Shown here: positions 7,920-17,499 of the stretch, in pieces
How the letters are laid out: each line of letters starts with the position of its first letter
Numbering within the stretch: the stretch's first letter is position 1
Assembly: GCA_964606485.1 (NCBI GenBank)
Contig: CAZSGP010000005.1
Coordinates: 11,649-75,648 of the forward strand
DNA from: an uncultured Planctomycetia bacterium
GTDB lineage: Bacteria; Omnitrophota; Gorgyraeia; 2-02-FULL-51-18
Length of the DNA: 64,000 bases
Reading direction: 5' to 3'
The notes under the pieces: generated by a model
Seen by the model: only the letters and a program-made list of their open reading frames with translations
What the model was told of the DNA's origin: nothing
The model's database searches: none
Position numbers and translations under genes: made by a program

Positions 7920-10721
7920 TTAACCCGTGCTCTTCATGCCAAACGCGATGCCGTTGACCGTCAGCAGCAGCACTTCCTTCGCCTTTTGATGGTCGGCAGG
8001 ATTTTTCTGAAAAGCCTGGCTGCGAATCTCCTCTAAGAACCGCACCTGAATGTAATTGAGCGGGTCAACGTATGGATTGCGCACGTGGATGGATTCTTTG
8101 AGAACCGGATGAAAATCGAGCAGGTCTTTTTGGGAGGAAATTTGCAGCACTTTTTTGACCGTGCGTTGATACTCGGTTTGAATCAGCTGATAAATTCTAT
8201 TTCCCAAATCTTTGTCTTCAACCAGATCCGTGTAAATCCGCGCAATGTAGAGATCGGTTTTTGCGAGTGAGACCTGCGCGTTGTTGATGAGCGATTTAAA
8301 AAACGGCCATTCCTGGTACATTTCTCTTAGCTCGCCTAACCCCTCTTCCCCCCTTTGCTGGATGAAATGGTCGAGCGCGTAGCCAATGCCATACCACGCC
8401 GAAATAATATAGCGCGACTGAATCCAGCTAAACACCCACGGAATAGCGCGCAGATCCGAAAAAGTTCTTTTTTCGGTGCGCATGGTCGGACGCGAACCGA
8501 TATTGGCCATCTCTAAAACACCGATCGGCGTCGCCTGTCTGTAAAAATCTAAAAACCCTTCGGTCCCATGAATCAGACTGCGGTAAAAATGAAAGGACAA
8601 ATCTGAAATAGTTTCAAGGCGTTTTTCCCAAGCGGGAATTTTTTTGTTCGCCTCGACTTCTTTGCGGCTTACGAGATTAGTCCAAATGACAGCCGCGACG
8701 AGCTGCTCGAGATTGCGCCCGGCAATAATGGGGTTCGCGTACTTCTGAGTCACGACTTCGCCTTGCTCGGTCACCTTAATGCGTCCGTCGCTTGCTGCGT
8801 ACGGCTCAGCCAAAATAGCCTTATGACTTTCTCCGCCGCCACGGTCAATTGTCCCGCCTTTGCCGTGAAATATTTTAAGCGAGACGCCGTGAGGCTTGGC
8901 CATTTCAACGAGATTTTTTTGGGCAATATACAGCTTCCAATTCGCGGCAAGGTATCCGCCGTCTTTCGACGAGTCGGAGTAGCCGAGCATCACTTCCTGA
9001 ACATCACCACGAGCCTTTAAGTAGGAGCGGTAAACGGGATTCGAAAAAAGAGTGTTCATCACCGTGTGCGCATTTTCGAGCGCGTGAATGGTTTCAAAAA
9101 GCGGCACGACGGCGAGACGCGCCACTTTCACTTTTTTACGAACCACGTGAACCAATTTTTCTTCCTTGGCTAGATACAAAATCGACAAGATGTCTGTGGC
9201 GCTCTCCGTCATACTGAGAATGTAATCCTCAACCGAAGTAAGCCCGTTTTTGTCTTGAATGCGGCGAATGGTTAAAAGTTGCTGCAAAACGTCTCGGGAT
9301 TCGGCGCAGAGTTTTTCGGTTGCAATCTTTTTAGGAGACTGCAAAATTTTGGTGGTCAGAAAATTTTCATCCACCGTTTGCCCAGGGAAAAGCTCTTCCA
9401 TAAGCTTTCGGATTTTTTTGGAATGATCGCGAAAATCAAGCGGCGCCAAATAAAACCCGAAGGCCCGCGCTTGTCCGGACAGCCGTTCAAGATCCCCCAA
9501 GGATGACAAAACGCCTTTATTGTCGCGGAGACTGCGCTGAACGATTTGAATGTCGTTTAAAAATTCGTCGGCTGTTTCATAGCCGGGTTTTTTATCGGTG
9601 AGAGCAAGCTCAAGCTTCCGGCGCATGAATGAAAATTTCTTCCGGTAAATTTCTCCCGCCTCGTAACGCTCCATTTCCTTGGCAACCTGCGGGCACTTCA
9701 GCTTGTCCTCTTCAAGGGACTTTAAAAGTTCCTTGCTCACGGCGGCGTGTGTCACAGACTGGCTGAAGGTTCGGATGAGATTGTCGATCGCCGCGAGATA
9801 ATTTTTAATGATCAGCTGTTTTTGGGTGCGCGAGGTTTTCTGGGTAATTTCACAGGTCACAAACGGATTGCCGTCGCGATCAGCGCCAACCCAGGAGCCA
9901 AAACGAACGAAAGCCTTTTGCTCAACACTCGTGTCCGGGTAAAAACGGCCAAACTCCGCGCCCACCTTTTCATGAAAATCCGGCACTAAGTTTAAAATGG
10001 TGCGCTGAAAATAAAACAACGCGTTTTCAACTTCATCAAACACCTGAACTTTGCGCTGACGCGTTTCGGAAGTCTGCCATAGAATCTCCAGACTTTCTTT
10101 GATGCGCCGGCTTAAGTTTTTTTGCTCAAGCTCCGTGTGATCGGGCCGGTCGATTTGCGTTAAATGCGCCGAGATTCTTAACAGATGCTCGAGCACTGTG
10201 CGGCGTTTGGCCTCCGTGGGATGAGCCGTAAGCACCTGCTCCACTTCCATGGTAGACAAAAATTCCGCGACCGTTTTACCGCTTACTTTTTTGTCTTTTA
10301 AATCGGAAAAGAGTTTCCGGATCGACATCTCCTGCAAAAGCGCGCCGTCTTTTTCATAATCGCGAATGCGCCGCACACGCTGCATTTCCTCGGCAATGTT
10401 CACGAGCTGGAAATAGATCGTAAATGCGCGAGCGACTTTATAGGCTTCGTCGACGTTGAGCGACTCTACGTATTTTTTTTGCTCATCGATAAATTCCTGC
10501 TTGGGAGAGGTGCGGATTTTTTTGGCTAGATCCCGGATTTTTTCGATCTTTTCGAGGAATGGCTGACCCTCCTGCTCGCGGATGACTTCCCGGAGCAAGG
10601 TAATGAGAAACCCGATATCGTGTTTGAGACCGTCTTGGCTCTTCATAGGAGAGGACATGTTAACAAAATATTTTGCTTTAAGCCAGAAGGCGGGAAAGCG
10701 GGCCTGCTTTACACCGGACAT
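7920..10721 (-). CDS. ppc: Phosphoenolpyruvate carboxylase
   Basis: Active-site motifs VLTAHPTE, GYSDSSKDGGYLAANW and FHGKGGTIDRGGG. The true start may be the internal MSSPMKSQ at about 10661. Confidence 0.9.
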   Translation of the reverse strand: MSGVKQARFPAFWLKAKYFVNMSSPMKSQDGLKHDIGFLITLLREVIREQEGQPFLEKIEKIRDLAKKIRTSPKQEFIDEQKKYVESLNVDEAYKVARAFTIYFQLVNIAEEMQRVRRIRDYEKDGALLQEMSIRKLFSDLKDKKVSGKTVAEFLSTMEVEQVLTAHPTEAKRRTVLEHLLRISAHLTQIDRPDHTELEQKNLSRRIKESLEILWQTSETRQRKVQVFDEVENALFYFQRTILNLVPDFHEKVGAEFGRFYPDTSVEQKAFVRFGSWVGADRDGNPFVTCEITQKTSRTQKQLIIKNYLAAIDNLIRTFSQSVTHAAVSKELLKSLEEDKLKCPQVAKEMERYEAGEIYRKKFSFMRRKLELALTDKKPGYETADEFLNDIQIVQRSLRDNKGVLSSLGDLERLSGQARAFGFYLAPLDFRDHSKKIRKLMEELFPGQTVDENFLTTKILQSPKKIATEKLCAESRDVLQQLLTIRRIQDKNGLTSVEDYILSMTESATDILSILYLAKEEKLVHVVRKKVKVARLAVVPLFETIHALENAHTVMNTLFSNPVYRSYLKARGDVQEVMLGYSDSSKDGGYLAANWKLYIAQKNLVEMAKPHGVSLKIFHGKGGTIDRGGGESHKAILAEPYAASDGRIKVTEQGEVVTQKYANPIIAGRNLEQLVAAVIWTNLVSRKEVEANKKIPAWEKRLETISDLSFHFYRSLIHGTEGFLDFYRQATPIGVLEMANIGSRPTMRTEKRTFSDLRAIPWVFSWIQSRYIISAWYGIGYALDHFIQQRGEEGLGELREMYQEWPFFKSLINNAQVSLAKTDLYIARIYTDLVEDKDLGNRIYQLIQTEYQRTVKKVLQISSQKDLLDFHPVLKESIHVRNPYVDPLNYIQVRFLEEIRSQAFQKNPADHQKAKEVLLLTVNGIAFGMKSTG

Positions 10722-10747
10722 AAAAATGAGTAGAATTGTGGCTCTTT

Positions 10748-10821
<74 letters not shown>

Positions 10822-10841
10822 CACTTTTTAAGGGAAAATTT

Positions 10842-11453
10842 ATGAAAAAATTATTTATCCTCGGCTTGCTTCTAACACTCACTCAAATGGCTTCCGCCGG
10901 TCAGGCCATCGTCACAAAATCGGAAGGAGCTCCGCTCCTCATCCGCGGTACTCAAACGCTTCCAGCTTCCCAAGGTAGCATCTGTCAAACGGGTGATCAA
11001 ATCCAAACCTCTGAAAATTGCCTAGTCGATTTATCGCTGAATATCAACGTGGGTTGCAGAGTGCTTGCCTCCAGTAATTGCGCCATTGAAAATGCGGAGT
11101 CGAGCTCGATGAGTTTGAAGTTATCTAAAGGAAATGCAATTTTAAATCTAGAAAAACTCCCGAAAGGCACGAGCTTTCAGGTAGAGACTCCGACGGCCAT
11201 CGCGGCGGTTCGCGGCACACAATTTTGGGGCCGGGTAAATCCCGAAAACCCGAACAACCCTATCACAACCTTCGCAGTGCGGCGCGGACAAGTAGAAGTC
11301 CTGGCAAAATCTGAAGGAAAAAAGTTTATTCTTGAAGCAGGCCAAGCACTCGACGTCCCTAAAGATAGCGAAAAGCCTGCGGCAATGCGCAAAGCACTCG
11401 ATGAAGAAATGGCCGCCATGGCCCAAGCCGACGACGTAGAAACAAAATCTTAA
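10842..11453 (+). CDS. Secreted FecR-domain protein
   Basis: Signal peptide MKKLFILGLLLTLTQMASA. The FecR-family core includes ...TPTAIAAVRGTQFWGRV (the V/LGTxF motif). Confidence 0.6.
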   Translation: MKKLFILGLLLTLTQMASAGQAIVTKSEGAPLLIRGTQTLPASQGSICQTGDQIQTSENCLVDLSLNINVGCRVLASSNCAIENAESSSMSLKLSKGNAILNLEKLPKGTSFQVETPTAIAAVRGTQFWGRVNPENPNNPITTFAVRRGQVEVLAKSEGKKFILEAGQALDVPKDSEKPAAMRKALDEEMAAMAQADDVETKS

Positions 11454-12208
11454 TGCGGCGTCGTAGCAAACGCCACTTCTTCAACGCGGGATAATTTCTT
11501 TTTTCGGTTTGTGCACAAAAAATTCAGGCAGTACGCCCACCGTAGCGGCGTCGTGAGTCTTTTTCGCATCAGCAAATTCCGTTTTCGTCCCACATAAAAA
11601 ACCATATCGGCGATTTTGTTCGTCAGCTTGCCGCCCCTGCGGCGCACTCGCTCGACCCAGTGCGCTAAAAGCGGGGCTTGCCCCCAACCTTTAACTTCTT
11701 TCAGTTCACAGGCGCTAGAATTTAAAAATTCGGAGAAATTTTTTTGGGTAAAAAGGCCCGGGTAAATAAACGGGTGGTAAACGCGCTCGCCGGGAATACT
11801 TACAAGCAACGTTCCCCCTTCTTTTAAAACGCGCTTCATTTCCCAAAGCATGCGGTGCGGATTTTCCACGTGCTCAATGGTCTCAAGCGTGATCACTGCA
11901 TCAAAAAAACCGTCTTCATAGGGCAGAGTTTCGTTGCTTGCGTCCGCCAAAACACAAGGAATCCCCTTTTTCTTCGTTTTCTCAACACCACTCGAGGAAA
12001 TGTCAACACCCCAAACTGAATTTTTTTCAGAAAGTATTTTTAATAGCGTTCCCTCGCCGCATCCGATTTCTAAAATCTTCTGGCCAGCTGTATTTTTAAA
12101 AAAATTCTCGGCCACCCACTCAAAGCGTTCCGATCCGCCGATTGGCCCCTCAACCTGTGCATAGTACCCGTCATGCGCGGACAGATAATTTTTAGCGTGC
12201 GTTTCCAT
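11450..12208 (-). CDS. Class I SAM-dependent methyltransferase (type 11)
   Basis: Motif I ILEIGCGEGTLL, motif II FFDAVIT and motif III LKEGGTLLVSIP. Confidence 0.75.
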   Translation of the reverse strand: METHAKNYLSAHDGYYAQVEGPIGGSERFEWVAENFFKNTAGQKILEIGCGEGTLLKILSEKNSVWGVDISSSGVEKTKKKGIPCVLADASNETLPYEDGFFDAVITLETIEHVENPHRMLWEMKRVLKEGGTLLVSIPGERVYHPFIYPGLFTQKNFSEFLNSSACELKEVKGWGQAPLLAHWVERVRRRGGKLTNKIADMVFYVGRKRNLLMRKRLTTPLRWAYCLNFLCTNRKKKLSRVEEVAFATTPH

Positions 12209-13631
12209 GGCTCCTCAGAAATAATTTAAATTGCGACCCTTCATTCAGCTTCGATTGAATTTCGATCCGGCCACCGCAAGCTTCGGTGAGGTATTTGACA
12301 ATCGAAAGTCCAAGGCCGGTGCCCGCGACGTTGAGTGTGCGGTGCTTGTCGACTTGGTAAAACTCTTCGAACACGCGTTCTTGGTCTTCCGGAGGAATGC
12401 CACAGCCATTGTCGCGGACTTCGATTTCAAATCCGTCCTGTGTGCGCTTGGCGCTCAGCAAAATTTCAGCCGTTTCTTTGTCATTAAACTTAAGCGCATT
12501 TTCGATTAAGTTATTCAAAATTAAATCAAAGTATTTCCGGTTAATTTGGATCACGGCGTCCGGCGGGTCAATTTTCAAGTCAAACTTAAGTTTCCGGCCT
12601 TTGGCCTTGCGCGTCTGCGTCTCGACAATGACCGCCAAGTGTTCCCCCAGCGAAATTTCTTCAGGCGTCAGATCCCAGCGCTTGGTTTTAATCATCGTAA
12701 ACCCGAGCAATTTTTCGAAGGAGTCCACGAGCTCGCAGGATTTGTCGTACAAAATGCCCATAAACTTTTCCTGGTCGGCATTCAGCGGCCCAAAAACTTT
12801 CTGGTGAAAGAGCGCTGCGTTTTTGTGAACAATTGAAAGCGGGGTTTTGAGTTTATGCGAAATCAGGTTTAAAAAAACTTCTTCTTGGAACGATTTTTTT
12901 CGCTTCTCGGTCACGTCCTCCAAAAGGACGACCACTCCGATCACATTGCGAAACGGGTCTTTGATCACATTGGTGCGCGCTTCGAGTACGAGCGGCCTTG
13001 TATCTTTGGCTTCCGGACGCTCGAGATCAAACACGAGCGGGCCTTTTACAAGAACGACGCTGAGAGACCCTTCCACATTATTTTTAAAATCCTTTATTCG
13101 CTCTAGAAATAACGTGCTACGGTCGGTAAAAAAATCGCGAGCACGGGTGTTGGCTTTTTCGATCTCCAGTTTCTCGTTTAGGACAAGAATGCCGTCTTGC
13201 ATGGCGTCGAGCACGTGGTCAAATTTCCCGGTCTCTTCGAGTGCTCCCTGGTGGCTCGACAAAAGAAGTGCGGTGCTCACTTTAATGAGAAGCTCGTCGG
13301 GCTCGAAGGGCCTTAAAAGAAAATCCGCGCACCCGATTTCCGCCGCTTTTTGCCGTTGGGACTCTCTCGACGAAAGCATGATGAGCGGAACCTTCGCCTC
13401 GAGCGACCAAATTTCATGGCCGTAATAATCCGCGTCGACAAGCACGAGATCCGCGGGTTTATCGTCGAGCGGCGAGTAAATATCTTTCAAATTCACCACC
13501 TGAAAGACTTCACACTCAAGTGTCGAAAGATTTTTTTTAAAGGAGTTAAAAACGACCGGATCGGGACCTGAGTAGATAATCTTGTAGATGATTTTCACAA
13601 GCGCTATCTTACCACACCCGCTTTTAAGCAA
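12192..13631 (-). CDS. Hybrid sensor histidine kinase (receiver-like N-terminus, PAS, HisKA, HATPase_c)
   Basis: N-terminal receiver-like region ADLVLVDAD...LIMLSS..., the H-box LISHKLKTPLSIV, and the G2 box GTGLGLSIVKYLTEACGGRIEI. The ORF-track start is TTG, and a GTG at about 13598 (VKIIYKII) is equally plausible. Confidence 0.8.
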   Translation of the reverse strand: MLKSGCGKIALVKIIYKIIYSGPDPVVFNSFKKNLSTLECEVFQVVNLKDIYSPLDDKPADLVLVDADYYGHEIWSLEAKVPLIMLSSRESQRQKAAEIGCADFLLRPFEPDELLIKVSTALLLSSHQGALEETGKFDHVLDAMQDGILVLNEKLEIEKANTRARDFFTDRSTLFLERIKDFKNNVEGSLSVVLVKGPLVFDLERPEAKDTRPLVLEARTNVIKDPFRNVIGVVVLLEDVTEKRKKSFQEEVFLNLISHKLKTPLSIVHKNAALFHQKVFGPLNADQEKFMGILYDKSCELVDSFEKLLGFTMIKTKRWDLTPEEISLGEHLAVIVETQTRKAKGRKLKFDLKIDPPDAVIQINRKYFDLILNNLIENALKFNDKETAEILLSAKRTQDGFEIEVRDNGCGIPPEDQERVFEEFYQVDKHRTLNVAGTGLGLSIVKYLTEACGGRIEIQSKLNEGSQFKLFLRSHGNAR

Positions 13632-13662
13632 GGAATCATGGCCTCAAAGAAGCCATGATTCC
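13632..13662 (-). terminator. Perfect 11-bp inverted repeat hairpin (GGAATCATGGC-N9-GCCATGATTCC) flanked by T-runs
   Basis: It sits between the stop of the triple-repeat gene and the histidine kinase start, with T-rich sequence on both sides. Likely an intrinsic terminator or attenuator. Confidence 0.45.
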
Positions 13663-13693
13663 CACTTTTATTTTGTATATTTTAGATTTTTAT

Positions 13694-14464
13694 TTATTGA
13701 ATCACTCGGATCACCTGAACCTGCTCTTGGTTGGGAAGCAGATAGATTTGAACCTTGTCACCCGTTCGGTAACCATCGATCTGACCTTGTCTGACGAGCA
13801 CCGCGCTGTCTTTTCCGTTGGATTCGCGGACCACGATCTGGCTTCGAGCCACATCCACAGCCACGATTCGCCCTTCGAGATTTTTCACATCACGAACCGT
13901 CTCGATGGTTTTAGCTTCCTTTAAGTCCGCCATGAGATGAACGCGGACATAATCTTGCACCTTGTACGTCCCGATCATGCCCTGTTTCAACTGCACACGT
14001 CTCTCGCGACCATTGGTGTCGAGCACCATGATCTGACCTTTAGGCGTGTCCACCCGGGTGATTTCGCCTTCGAAATCTTTCGGGTTTTCTTGCACCGTGA
14101 CGAGGATTACATCCGCCGATGGATGAATACGAACGTAGTCGCCGATCCGGTAATTATTAATCAACTCCTGTTTCAACGTCACTTGCCGCTCATTGCCGTT
14201 TAAGTCCTGCACAATGATCCAGTTTTGCGAGTAATTGATCTGGGAAATTCTCCCCTCAAGATCACCCATCAACGTTTCGCTCGTAACAATCATGGGAGTT
14301 GCAATGGTTTGAACAGCAGCGCTTGGCTGAGTCACTACAACTTTGTTATTGTCATCGACCGTCACCGTTGTCGTCGCGTACGCCTTTAACGAAACAAGTA
14401 AAAGTGACGCAACAAACATTGAAATAGCTGTCTTCTTCGTCATCATTGCAATGGATGGTTTCAT
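13694..14464 (-). CDS. Periplasmic protein built from three tandem ~60-aa repeats (family unassigned)
   Basis: The signal peptide is followed by three repeats of the form EG.I..VD.....I.V.D.NG.ER.V.LKQG.I..Y..GDYVR.H. Confidence 0.7.
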   Translation of the reverse strand: MKPSIAMMTKKTAISMFVASLLLVSLKAYATTTVTVDDNNKVVVTQPSAAVQTIATPMIVTSETLMGDLEGRISQINYSQNWIIVQDLNGNERQVTLKQELINNYRIGDYVRIHPSADVILVTVQENPKDFEGEITRVDTPKGQIMVLDTNGRERRVQLKQGMIGTYKVQDYVRVHLMADLKEAKTIETVRDVKNLEGRIVAVDVARSQIVVRESNGKDSAVLVRQGQIDGYRTGDKVQIYLLPNQEQVQVIRVIQ

Positions 14465-14500
14465 AAATGTTTCCTTTTTTAATTGACCAACATTAATTTC

Positions 14501-14773
14501 TTAGATCGATCTCGCTGAGCTGACGTTGACGACTAATTTAATAAGGGTCAACAGGGCAACCGCCCCTACAAAAGCCATGAGAATTGCTCCGGTAAATCCG
14601 TAAGTCGATAGTCCAAGCGATCCAAAAATCCATCCACCAAGCTCCGCTCCGACTACACCCACAAGAATGTCGCCGAATACTCCAAAGCCACGACCTTTCA
14701 CAAATACTCCCGCGAGCCACCCAGCGACGAGGCCGATAAATAAAAATATCAAAACGCTTTCTAAGTTATTCAT
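14501..14773 (-). CDS. GlsB/YeaQ/YmgE family stress-response membrane protein (transglycosylase-associated)
   Basis: 90 aa with a glycine-zipper membrane sequence LVAGWLAGVFVKGRGFGVFGDILVGVVGAELGGWIFG. Confidence 0.8.
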   Translation of the reverse strand: MNNLESVLIFLFIGLVAGWLAGVFVKGRGFGVFGDILVGVVGAELGGWIFGSLGLSTYGFTGAILMAFVGAVALLTLIKLVVNVSSARSI

Positions 14774-14799
14774 TTTTTCTCCCTTGTTAAGTTAAATCC

Positions 14800-15417
14800 T
14801 TAAGCCGAATGGCCCCACTCTTCTTGAGCAAATTGCCAGTTGATTAATTTACTGAGAACTGCATTTAAGTATTCTTTTCGACGGTTCTGATAATCCAAAT
14901 AATAAGCGTGCTCCCAAACATCGAGCACTAAAAGCGCTTTTCCGAGCCCCAGAGACATCGGATTCTCGGCGTTGGATGTTTTGACGATCTTGAGCATGCC
15001 CCCTTTGTCCACCACAAGCCACACCCAGCCGCTGCCAAATTGCGCCGTACCCGCTTCTGAAAATTGCTCAAGAAATTTTTCAAAGCTTCCAAAACAGCCT
15101 TCAAGTTTCTGGCCGAACTCGCCCTTTGGCTTCCCGCCGCCTTCAGGGGATAAGCTTTTCCAATAAAAATCGTGATTCCAAACCTGAGCCGCATTGTTAA
15201 AAATGGCTTTATTTGCGTCGTGTCTATCCGTTTGAAGAACAATCGTTTCAAGCTCGAGTCCCTCGAATTGAGTTCCCAGTACCAGCTCATTGAGCTTATC
15301 CACGTAACCCTGGTGATGCTTGTTGTAGTGATAGCTCACCGTTTCCGAAGAGATTACGGGCGCCAGAGCATTTCGGTCGTAAGGAAGTGTCGATAAAATA
15401 AAAGGTTTGTTATTCAT
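14800..15417 (-). CDS. sod: Fe/Mn superoxide dismutase
   Basis: LPYDRNALAP...HHQGYV, AAQVWNHDFYW and metal-ligand region DVWEHAYYLDYQNRR. The start is taken at MNNKPF (15417). Confidence 0.9.
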   Translation of the reverse strand: MNNKPFILSTLPYDRNALAPVISSETVSYHYNKHHQGYVDKLNELVLGTQFEGLELETIVLQTDRHDANKAIFNNAAQVWNHDFYWKSLSPEGGGKPKGEFGQKLEGCFGSFEKFLEQFSEAGTAQFGSGWVWLVVDKGGMLKIVKTSNAENPMSLGLGKALLVLDVWEHAYYLDYQNRRKEYLNAVLSKLINWQFAQEEWGHSA

Positions 15418-16513
15418 CTTTAGAATAATCTCCAAAATAGTTAATGGTGGGATCGATGGTTTTCACAATCTTCCTGTTCTTTTTTAATTCGTACAGCTTT
15501 TCGTCTGCTTTCACCATCATGCTGTCGACCGACCAGGGATCGGACCCTCCAAAATGACAGGCGCCCATGCTCAGCGAAAGGTTATAATTGCGCGCTCCCT
15601 GCAAATTCAAAGTATTTAAACTTTTTTCAATGCGGGACACCACGACCGCCTCGCAGTTATCCGAGGTAAATGCCGTCGCAATCAAGAGGATGAATTCGTC
15701 TCCGGAAAGACGCGCGACAATGTCGGATTCGCGGACACTCTTCCTTAAGACCCGCGCCACTTCTACGAGCGCGCGGTCTCCCTCCCGGTGACCAAAAGTG
15801 TCATTGATATGTTTCAAGCCGTCCATGTCGGCAAAAAAAAGCCACAAACCTGTTTTGGCTCGGCGAGCGAGTTTCAAACGGTCTTCCGCCAAGGTCAAAA
15901 AGCCTCTCCGGTTGCAGAGATGAGTGAGGTCATCCGTAAGAGATAACTCCCGCAGTATTTCTTCGACGTGCTTACGATCGGTGACATCTTCTATGGCCAT
16001 CAGAATGAGCTGGGTTTTTCCATTGGGCGAAAGAATCGGCCGCGCATTCACAAGCATGGAACGCTTGCCGACCACATTAAAATCATGCTGAATCTCGAAA
16101 TTGTCGAAACTCGTTTGGTTTTTTTGAATTTCCCCGAACAAGCGGTGCAGCATGGGAATATTCCACTGGCCATTATTAAGTTCGAAGAGCATCGCGCCCT
16201 CTGTTTTTTCGGGCTTCAGTTTAAAAGTTTGATAAAACGAACGATTCGCACGCACCACTTTTAGATCGGGGCTCAAAATTAAAAGAGGCTCTTTTACCGC
16301 ATCCACGACGCTTTCGGCAAAAAGCCGGGCATTGGTTAAGTTGATTTGATTCCGCTTTTGTTCAAGCGCCGCGGTTTTCATCGTCTCCACTTGAGAGTGC
16401 AATTTCTCATTCTCGTCTTGATCGGATGCATTGAGACGGTTTTCAAAAGGGTTCATTTTCACTCCATTTTTACTATTCATATTGAATGTCATCCAAATAA
16501 AAGGTGATTCCAC
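15410..16513 (-). CDS. PAS-GGDEF diguanylate cyclase
   Basis: GGDEF core RRGF...FFADMDGLKHINDTFGHREGD...LSGDEF preceded by a PAS region. The true start is probably MNPFEN at about 16456. Confidence 0.85.
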   Translation of the reverse strand: MESPFIWMTFNMNSKNGVKMNPFENRLNASDQDENEKLHSQVETMKTAALEQKRNQINLTNARLFAESVVDAVKEPLLILSPDLKVVRANRSFYQTFKLKPEKTEGAMLFELNNGQWNIPMLHRLFGEIQKNQTSFDNFEIQHDFNVVGKRSMLVNARPILSPNGKTQLILMAIEDVTDRKHVEEILRELSLTDDLTHLCNRRGFLTLAEDRLKLARRAKTGLWLFFADMDGLKHINDTFGHREGDRALVEVARVLRKSVRESDIVARLSGDEFILLIATAFTSDNCEAVVVSRIEKSLNTLNLQGARNYNLSLSMGACHFGGSDPWSVDSMMVKADEKLYELKKNRKIVKTIDPTINYFGDYSKDE

Positions 16514-17078
16514 CAGGATTCACATCCAGGTTGGTCGCCCAAGAAAAACCGCCGCTGATCGAAGTTAGATTTTTACCCTGAAGGTTTATGGAATACTGTT
16601 TCCAAACGCTCGTTAAGGCGATGGGGCCAAGACTCGCCATGTCTGAGTCGGCGTATTTTCCTTCGGTCATGCCCCCGGCTTTAAACTGTTCGATTCTCTC
16701 GCCGCCTTTTTCACCACGAGCCCAAAACGTTAATTTTTTGGCACCGGTCAGATCGTAGCCACCGATTTTTGCGCCCCAGTTATTCGCAGGGTTTTGCCAA
16801 TAAATTCCTGCCCACCGGGCGCCTTGCGAGGCTTTTGGGGAATACACAATCCGGATGCACGTAAGCCCGCTGTGCGGGCCTACAGTATTTGTACCGTCAA
16901 ACTTAATGTCTCCGTAATCCCCCATAAATCCCGAAGGGACGTAGTGGTTTGTGCGCGCGGAAGATTCTGTATAAACCGGGAAGGGCGCAAAGGAAATGGC
17001 TTCCTCAGCGCGAGCCTCGACGCTCAAAAGAAACAGGGCGGCTATTAATATGAGTTTGGTCTTCACGTTTTTTTTCAT
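16473..17078 (-). CDS. Secreted protein, possibly a carbohydrate-binding-module-like beta-sandwich
   Basis: Signal peptide MKKNVKTKLILIAALFLLSVEARA. The C-terminal ...GGITFYLDDIQYE resembles the terminal strand of a carbohydrate-binding module. Its ATG overlaps the upstream small gene's TGA as ATGA. Confidence 0.4.
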   Translation of the reverse strand: MKKNVKTKLILIAALFLLSVEARAEEAISFAPFPVYTESSARTNHYVPSGFMGDYGDIKFDGTNTVGPHSGLTCIRIVYSPKASQGARWAGIYWQNPANNWGAKIGGYDLTGAKKLTFWARGEKGGERIEQFKAGGMTEGKYADSDMASLGPIALTSVWKQYSINLQGKNLTSISGGFSWATNLDVNPGGITFYLDDIQYE

Positions 17079-17218
17079 GCGGCCTTTTTGGTTCGCTTTC
17101 GTTTTTCAGCATCATCGGAATCCGCTTCACTGGGTTTGGCGTAGCATTCGTCGCAATTCGTAAATCCCGAGGGAATCTGCACTCCACAAACTCTGCATAA
17201 CTGATAAACTTTATCCAT
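17075..17218 (-). CDS. 47-aa zinc-ribbon protein (CxxC-N11-CxxC) with a basic tail
   Basis: MDKVYQLCRVCGVQIPSGFTNCDECYAKPSEADSDDAEKRKRTKKAA. An AGGAGA ribosome-binding site lies 6 nt upstream of the ATG. Its stop overlaps the next gene's start as ATGA. The 100-aa ORF-track version lacks an RBS and is rejected. Confidence 0.45.
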   Translation of the reverse strand: MDKVYQLCRVCGVQIPSGFTNCDECYAKPSEADSDDAEKRKRTKKAA

Positions 17219-17237
17219 AAATTCTCCTCTAAAATAT

Positions 17238-17465
17238 TTACCAGCGTCCGCGGTCGTCGTTTTGTAAAGACCCTTGGTTTTGAATATCTCTGCGGCCAGC
17301 ACCGTCGCCTTGCGCACGCTTAATATCCTCGTCATTTCCCTGACGCATCTGGTCGGCGTGCTGGTCTCCCTCGTCACGGGATCTATTCACATGGGACGCT
17401 GAAGCCCAGGCAACCACTCCAAAAGCAAAACCTATAAAAATGATAACTACGATTAGTTTTTTCAT
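17238..17465 (-). CDS. Small secreted or membrane-anchored low-complexity protein (hypothetical)
   Basis: The N-terminal hydrophobic stretch MKKLIVVIIFIGFAFGVVAWASA is followed by a D/E/Q/R-rich tail. Bipartite motif site a lies just upstream. Confidence 0.3.
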   Translation of the reverse strand: MKKLIVVIIFIGFAFGVVAWASASHVNRSRDEGDQHADQMRQGNDEDIKRAQGDGAGRRDIQNQGSLQNDDRGRW

Positions 17466-17499
17466 ATCACCATCCTAGGACAATGATTGGTTTTGTGAA

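Noticed and set aside
12847-13425. 192-aa plus-strand ORF
   Set aside because: It is antisense to the histidine kinase gene, and the product is Ser/Arg-rich low complexity.
17075-17377. 100-aa version of the zinc-ribbon ORF
   Set aside because: The upstream extension has no RBS and overlaps the 75-aa ORF. The internal ATG at 17218 has an AGGAGA RBS.
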